From positions 256,001-320,000 of the forward strand of contig CBDCZH010000010.1 in the NCBI GenBank assembly GCA_965224485.1: a stretch of 64,000 bases of DNA, written 5' to 3'. This document shows, one piece after another, positions 61,103-64,000 of this stretch (the first letter of the stretch is position 1; each line of letters begins with the position of its first letter). The position numbers were made by a program, and so were the translations under genes. Below the pieces are notes generated by a model that did not search any database, was not told where the DNA came from, and saw only the letters and a list, made by a program, of their open reading frames with translations. This DNA is from Arcobacteraceae bacterium (GTDB taxonomy: Bacteria; Campylobacterota; Campylobacteria; Campylobacterales; Arcobacteraceae).

Positions 61103-62534
61103 TATATTTACAACAATTTTATTAATTATAAGTTTAGCTTGGTATTTAATTACTAACTTACAATGGTACTCGTATAAAATAGAGAGAGTAATTTTTAAAC
61201 ATCATAAACTTCACTGGCATCTTACTTACTTTGTAATGCCTTTTGTTCTTTATTATCTTTTACCAGCCCTTTATTTCTTAGTATATTTTTATGCCCTTTA
61301 TCTTCCTTTATTGATTTTGTGGAATATGAAACTTGATAAAAAGCTTGTTATTACTTCAAGAGTAAAAAGATTTTTAGCCCTTATCGTATTTTTAGCCCTT
61401 AGTATAAATGTATTATGTTTTCTTAGCTCTTCTTGTTTTAAAGCAGGAATATTTCTTCCTTTATTATTAGCTTATTTAATCTCTTTTGCCCTAGAGCGAA
61501 TATTTTTTATCTCTTTTAAACATAAGGCTAAAAAGATATTGCAAGACTTAAAAGCTAAAAAATCACTGCAAGTTGTTGCAATTACTGCCTCTTATGGAAA
61601 AACATCAATTAAAAACTATTTATACCAAGTTCTAAAAAGAAAATTTATAACATATAAAACACCAAGATCAGTTAATACAATTGCTGGAATTGTTTTAGAT
61701 GTAAATAATGACTTACCTTCTGATACGCAAGTTTATATAGCAGAAGCAGGGGCTAGGGTTATTGGAGATATTGAAGAAATAACACTTTTTTTAGAACAAG
61801 AATACTCTATCTTAGGTTCAGTTGGTGAACAGCATTTAGAATATTTCAAAACACTTGATAATATTATAAATACAAAAATGGAAATTTTAAAATCGCCTAA
61901 AATGAAAAAAGCCTTTGTTCATGATAGTGTTCCTATTTTAAAATATGATAAGGTTGAAAAATTTCCAAATAATTTAAATATTACAAAATCAAACTTAGAT
62001 GGTTTATGGTTTGATATAGAAATAGATTCTAAGCAAGAACATTTTCATGCACCAATTTTAGGAAGCTTTAATGCTATTAATTTAACAGCTGTTATTTTAA
62101 TGGCATATGAATTAGGTATGAGCATAGAAGAGATTAAAATATCTCTTGATAATATTGAAGCAGTTGAGCATAGACTTCAAAAAATTATAGCAGGTGGAAA
62201 AGTTATAATTGATGATAGTTTTAATGGAAACCTTGAAGGTATGCTTGAAGCTGTAAATATTTGCTCAACGTATGAAGGAAGAAAAATAATTGTAACACCA
62301 GGTTTAGTTGAATCAAATGATCAATCAAATATCTTATTAGCCAAAGAAATAAATAAAAACTTTGATTTAGTAATTTTAACAGGTTCTTTAAATACAAAAC
62401 TTCTAAGTCAAAATATAGATGAAAATAAAATCCATCTGTTAAAAGACAAATCAAAAATGCAAGAAAGCTTACTTGAACATACCAGAATAGGGGATTTGAT
62501 TTTATTTGCTAATGACGCTCCTAATTTTATTTAG
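61089..62534 (+). CDS. murF: Mur ligase (MurF-like, with N-terminal TM segments)
   Basis: ITASYGKTS, EAGAR, HRLQ, IDDSFN. Confidence 0.8.
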   Translation: MQYFSIFTTILLIISLAWYLITNLQWYSYKIERVIFKHHKLHWHLTYFVMPFVLYYLLPALYFLVYFYALYLPLLILWNMKLDKKLVITSRVKRFLALIVFLALSINVLCFLSSSCFKAGIFLPLLLAYLISFALERIFFISFKHKAKKILQDLKAKKSLQVVAITASYGKTSIKNYLYQVLKRKFITYKTPRSVNTIAGIVLDVNNDLPSDTQVYIAEAGARVIGDIEEITLFLEQEYSILGSVGEQHLEYFKTLDNIINTKMEILKSPKMKKAFVHDSVPILKYDKVEKFPNNLNITKSNLDGLWFDIEIDSKQEHFHAPILGSFNAINLTAVILMAYELGMSIEEIKISLDNIEAVEHRLQKIIAGGKVIIDDSFNGNLEGMLEAVNICSTYEGRKIIVTPGLVESNDQSNILLAKEINKNFDLVILTGSLNTKLLSQNIDENKIHLLKDKSKMQESLLEHTRIGDLILFANDAPNFI

Positions 62535-62556
62535 AGCTTTGCTCTAAATAAAATTA
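62522..62556 (+). terminator. 16-bp perfect hairpin over the Mur ligase stop codon
   Basis: TAATTTTATTTAGAGC-TTT-GCTCTAAATAAAATTA. Confidence 0.6.
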
Positions 62557-62590
62557 AATGAAAAACTAAAAGTGAAGAGTGAAAAATTTA
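62556..62590 (+). repeat. Degenerate heptamer tract upstream of four-helix-bundle gene 2
   Basis: aaatgaa aaactaa aagtgaa gagtgaa aaattta. Confidence 0.65.
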
Positions 62591-62606
62591 AGAAAAAGGA
62601 GTTTTT

Positions 62607-62960
62607 TTGAATGTTTTAGCTGATAAGTCTTACTCTTTTGCTTTACGAATTATTAATCTTTCTCGTTATTTGCAAAATGATAAAAAAAAGTTTATTCTTT
62701 CTAAACAAGTCCTTCGTTCTGGTACGGCTATTGGTGCTTTAGTAGCTGAATCTGAATTTGCTCAAAGTAAGGCTGATTTTATTTCTAAGTTGCATATATC
62801 AATTAAAGAAGCTAGTGAAACAAGATATTGGCTAAGATTATTAAAAGATTCAAGTTATATAAGTGAAAAAATGTATAATAGTTTAAATCCTGAATTAATA
62901 GAGTTATTGAAATTATTAACTTCAAGTATAAAAACATCAAAGGAAAATAATGGCAAGTAA
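62607..62960 (+). CDS. Four-helix-bundle protein (23S rRNA-IVP / Avd-like family), second subfamily
   Basis: DKSYSFALRII, LSKQVLRSGTAIGA..E..AQSKADFISKL.I..KEASET.YWL.LL. Confidence 0.9.
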   Translation: MNVLADKSYSFALRIINLSRYLQNDKKKFILSKQVLRSGTAIGALVAESEFAQSKADFISKLHISIKEASETRYWLRLLKDSSYISEKMYNSLNPELIELLKLLTSSIKTSKENNGK

Positions 62961-62963
62961 AAA

Positions 62964-62991
62964 TTATTCATTATTCATTATTCATTATTCA
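62964..62991 (+). repeat. Heptamer tandem repeat (TTATTCA)x4, inverse of the upstream tract
   Basis: Four perfect copies starting 4 nt after the stop codon. Confidence 0.9.
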
Positions 62992-63032
62992 TTTAAAGAT
63001 GTAAATTCATATTTTTCCAAAGGAAAAATATA

Positions 63033-63521
63033 ATGGAACATCTTTACTCTCCTTGGCGTTATGATTATGTAAGTGAAGAAAAAGTAGAAGGTTGTATTTT
63101 TTGTCATATTTCACAAAATATCTCTGATGAAAAACTTCAAGTTATTTTTCATGATGAATTTTGTTATGTTGTTATGAATAAGTTTCCTTATTCTCCTGGA
63201 CATATTATGGTAATACCTCACTTTCATACCTCCCAAGTTGAAGAGCTTGATGAAGAGATTTGGTTAGTTATGAGTAAAAGAGTTAAACAAGGGGTTAAAC
63301 TTCTTAAAGAAGTAATGCCAGCGCAAGGTGTTAATATTGGTATGAACTTAGGAAAAGCAGCGGGGGCTGGAATTGAACAGCATGTTCATTATCATCTTTT
63401 GCCACGTTGGAATGGAGATACTAATTTTATAACAAGTATTGCTAATACTAGAGTTTATCCAGCTGATTTTGAAAAAATATTTAAAACTTTTAAAGAAAAA
63501 GCAAAAGAGTACTTTATTTAA
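63033..63521 (+). CDS. HIT-family hydrolase (Ap4A phosphorylase-like)
   Basis: LYSPWR, CIFC, NKFPYSPGH, AAGAGI..HVHYH..PRW.GD. Confidence 0.9.
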   Translation: MEHLYSPWRYDYVSEEKVEGCIFCHISQNISDEKLQVIFHDEFCYVVMNKFPYSPGHIMVIPHFHTSQVEELDEEIWLVMSKRVKQGVKLLKEVMPAQGVNIGMNLGKAAGAGIEQHVHYHLLPRWNGDTNFITSIANTRVYPADFEKIFKTFKEKAKEYFI

Positions 63522-63780
63522 TTAGGTCTTGAATTTTATCATATACTTCTTTTGCATCTTGATTGCTAAGTTTTTTGCCGTTTATTTTATCTTCTTTTAT
63601 AACAAGAAGAATGTTTTGTAATTCAACTAAAAAACTCTCCATATCTTTAATCTCTTCAATATCTTCTAGGCTTGCTGTATTATTTTGTAATAAAAGATGT
63701 TTTTCTTCTATATAAGATTCTACTTGGGGAATTACAGCATTTTTTACAAGTTCTTTAAGTTTATTTTTGATTTCACTCAT
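63514..63780 (-). CDS. Small helical hypothetical protein
   Basis: ORF downstream of tRNA-Ser; similar to 52824-53075. Confidence 0.65.
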   Translation of the reverse strand: MSEIKNKLKELVKNAVIPQVESYIEEKHLLLQNNTASLEDIEEIKDMESFLVELQNILLVIKEDKINGKKLSNQDAKEVYDKIQDLIK

Positions 63781-63816
63781 TTTGATTCTTTGAATAATTT
63801 TTTTATTTTAATGAAA

Positions 63817-63904
63817 TGGCAGAGAGGAAGGGATTCGAACCCTCGGGGCTTTAACACCCACACGCATTCCAAGCGTGCGCCTTGGGCCACTCGACCACCT
63901 CTCT
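63817..63904 (-). tRNA. tRNA-Ser(GGA)
   Basis: Reverse complement: AGAGAGG acceptor stem, CACGC-TT-GGA-AT-GCGTG anticodon arm, long variable arm, GGTTCGAATCC, encoded CCA. Confidence 0.96.
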
Positions 63905-64000
63905 TTATTTAAGCCTTGAACTTTACAAGAATATGCCTTAAAGTAAGGGTATATTTACTCTAAAAAAATAATTTTAGTGTTTTTTACTATCTTCTACTAA

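Noticed and set aside
55..62454. Short antisense/overlapping ORFs in the track (e.g. 55-300, 19144-19464, 30749-31186, 58921-59247)
   Set aside because: Lie opposite well-supported genes with no motifs of their own; codon-bias shadows
41185..62960. Diversity-generating retroelement (Avd-like genes)
   Set aside because: No reverse transcriptase and no template/variable repeat pair seen in the window
63817..63904. tRNA as an island integration site
   Set aside because: No integrase and no duplicated tRNA 3' end noticed in the window
63697..63912. 71-aa + strand ORF
   Set aside because: Antisense shadow of tRNA-Ser and the neighbouring gene

Overview
Very AT-rich chromosomal window from a Campylobacterota bacterium, most likely Arcobacteraceae (inferred from gene content and order). 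Bases 1-35353 are a large, entirely + strand surface-glycan locus. It holds a legionaminic-acid-type nonulosonic acid module with extra tailoring enzymes, then rmlA/B/C plus a C-methyltransferase, aminotransferase and ketoisomerase for an unusual dTDP sugar. Many glycosyltransferases, two asparagine-synthase-like amidotransferases, a PglK/Wzk-type ABC flippase, WbpV/WbpL/PglF-like initiation genes and an embedded yefM-yoeB pair follow. Three homopolymer frameshifts interrupt genes in this locus. After it come ADP-heptose genes with a signal-peptide-bearing ATP-dependent DNA ligase, and housekeeping genes (apt, trpB, dedA, pepA, ychF, recO, thiL, truD, ruvA, ddl, Mur ligase, HIT, tRNA-Ser). The most unusual signal is non-coding. 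Two four-helix-bundle (23S rRNA-IVP/Avd-like) genes each sit inside a housekeeping operon, bracketed by inverted, degenerate 7- or 8-mer tandem-repeat tracts. Each carries an RBS+ATG in its own 3' end that reads through the downstream tract, and each follows the same 11-mer, TTTAGAGCTTT. Orphan tracts of the same kind surround the heptose genes. A second small hairpin element family appears inserted in-frame in glycan genes. All calls come from motif recognition by eye; no database searches were run.
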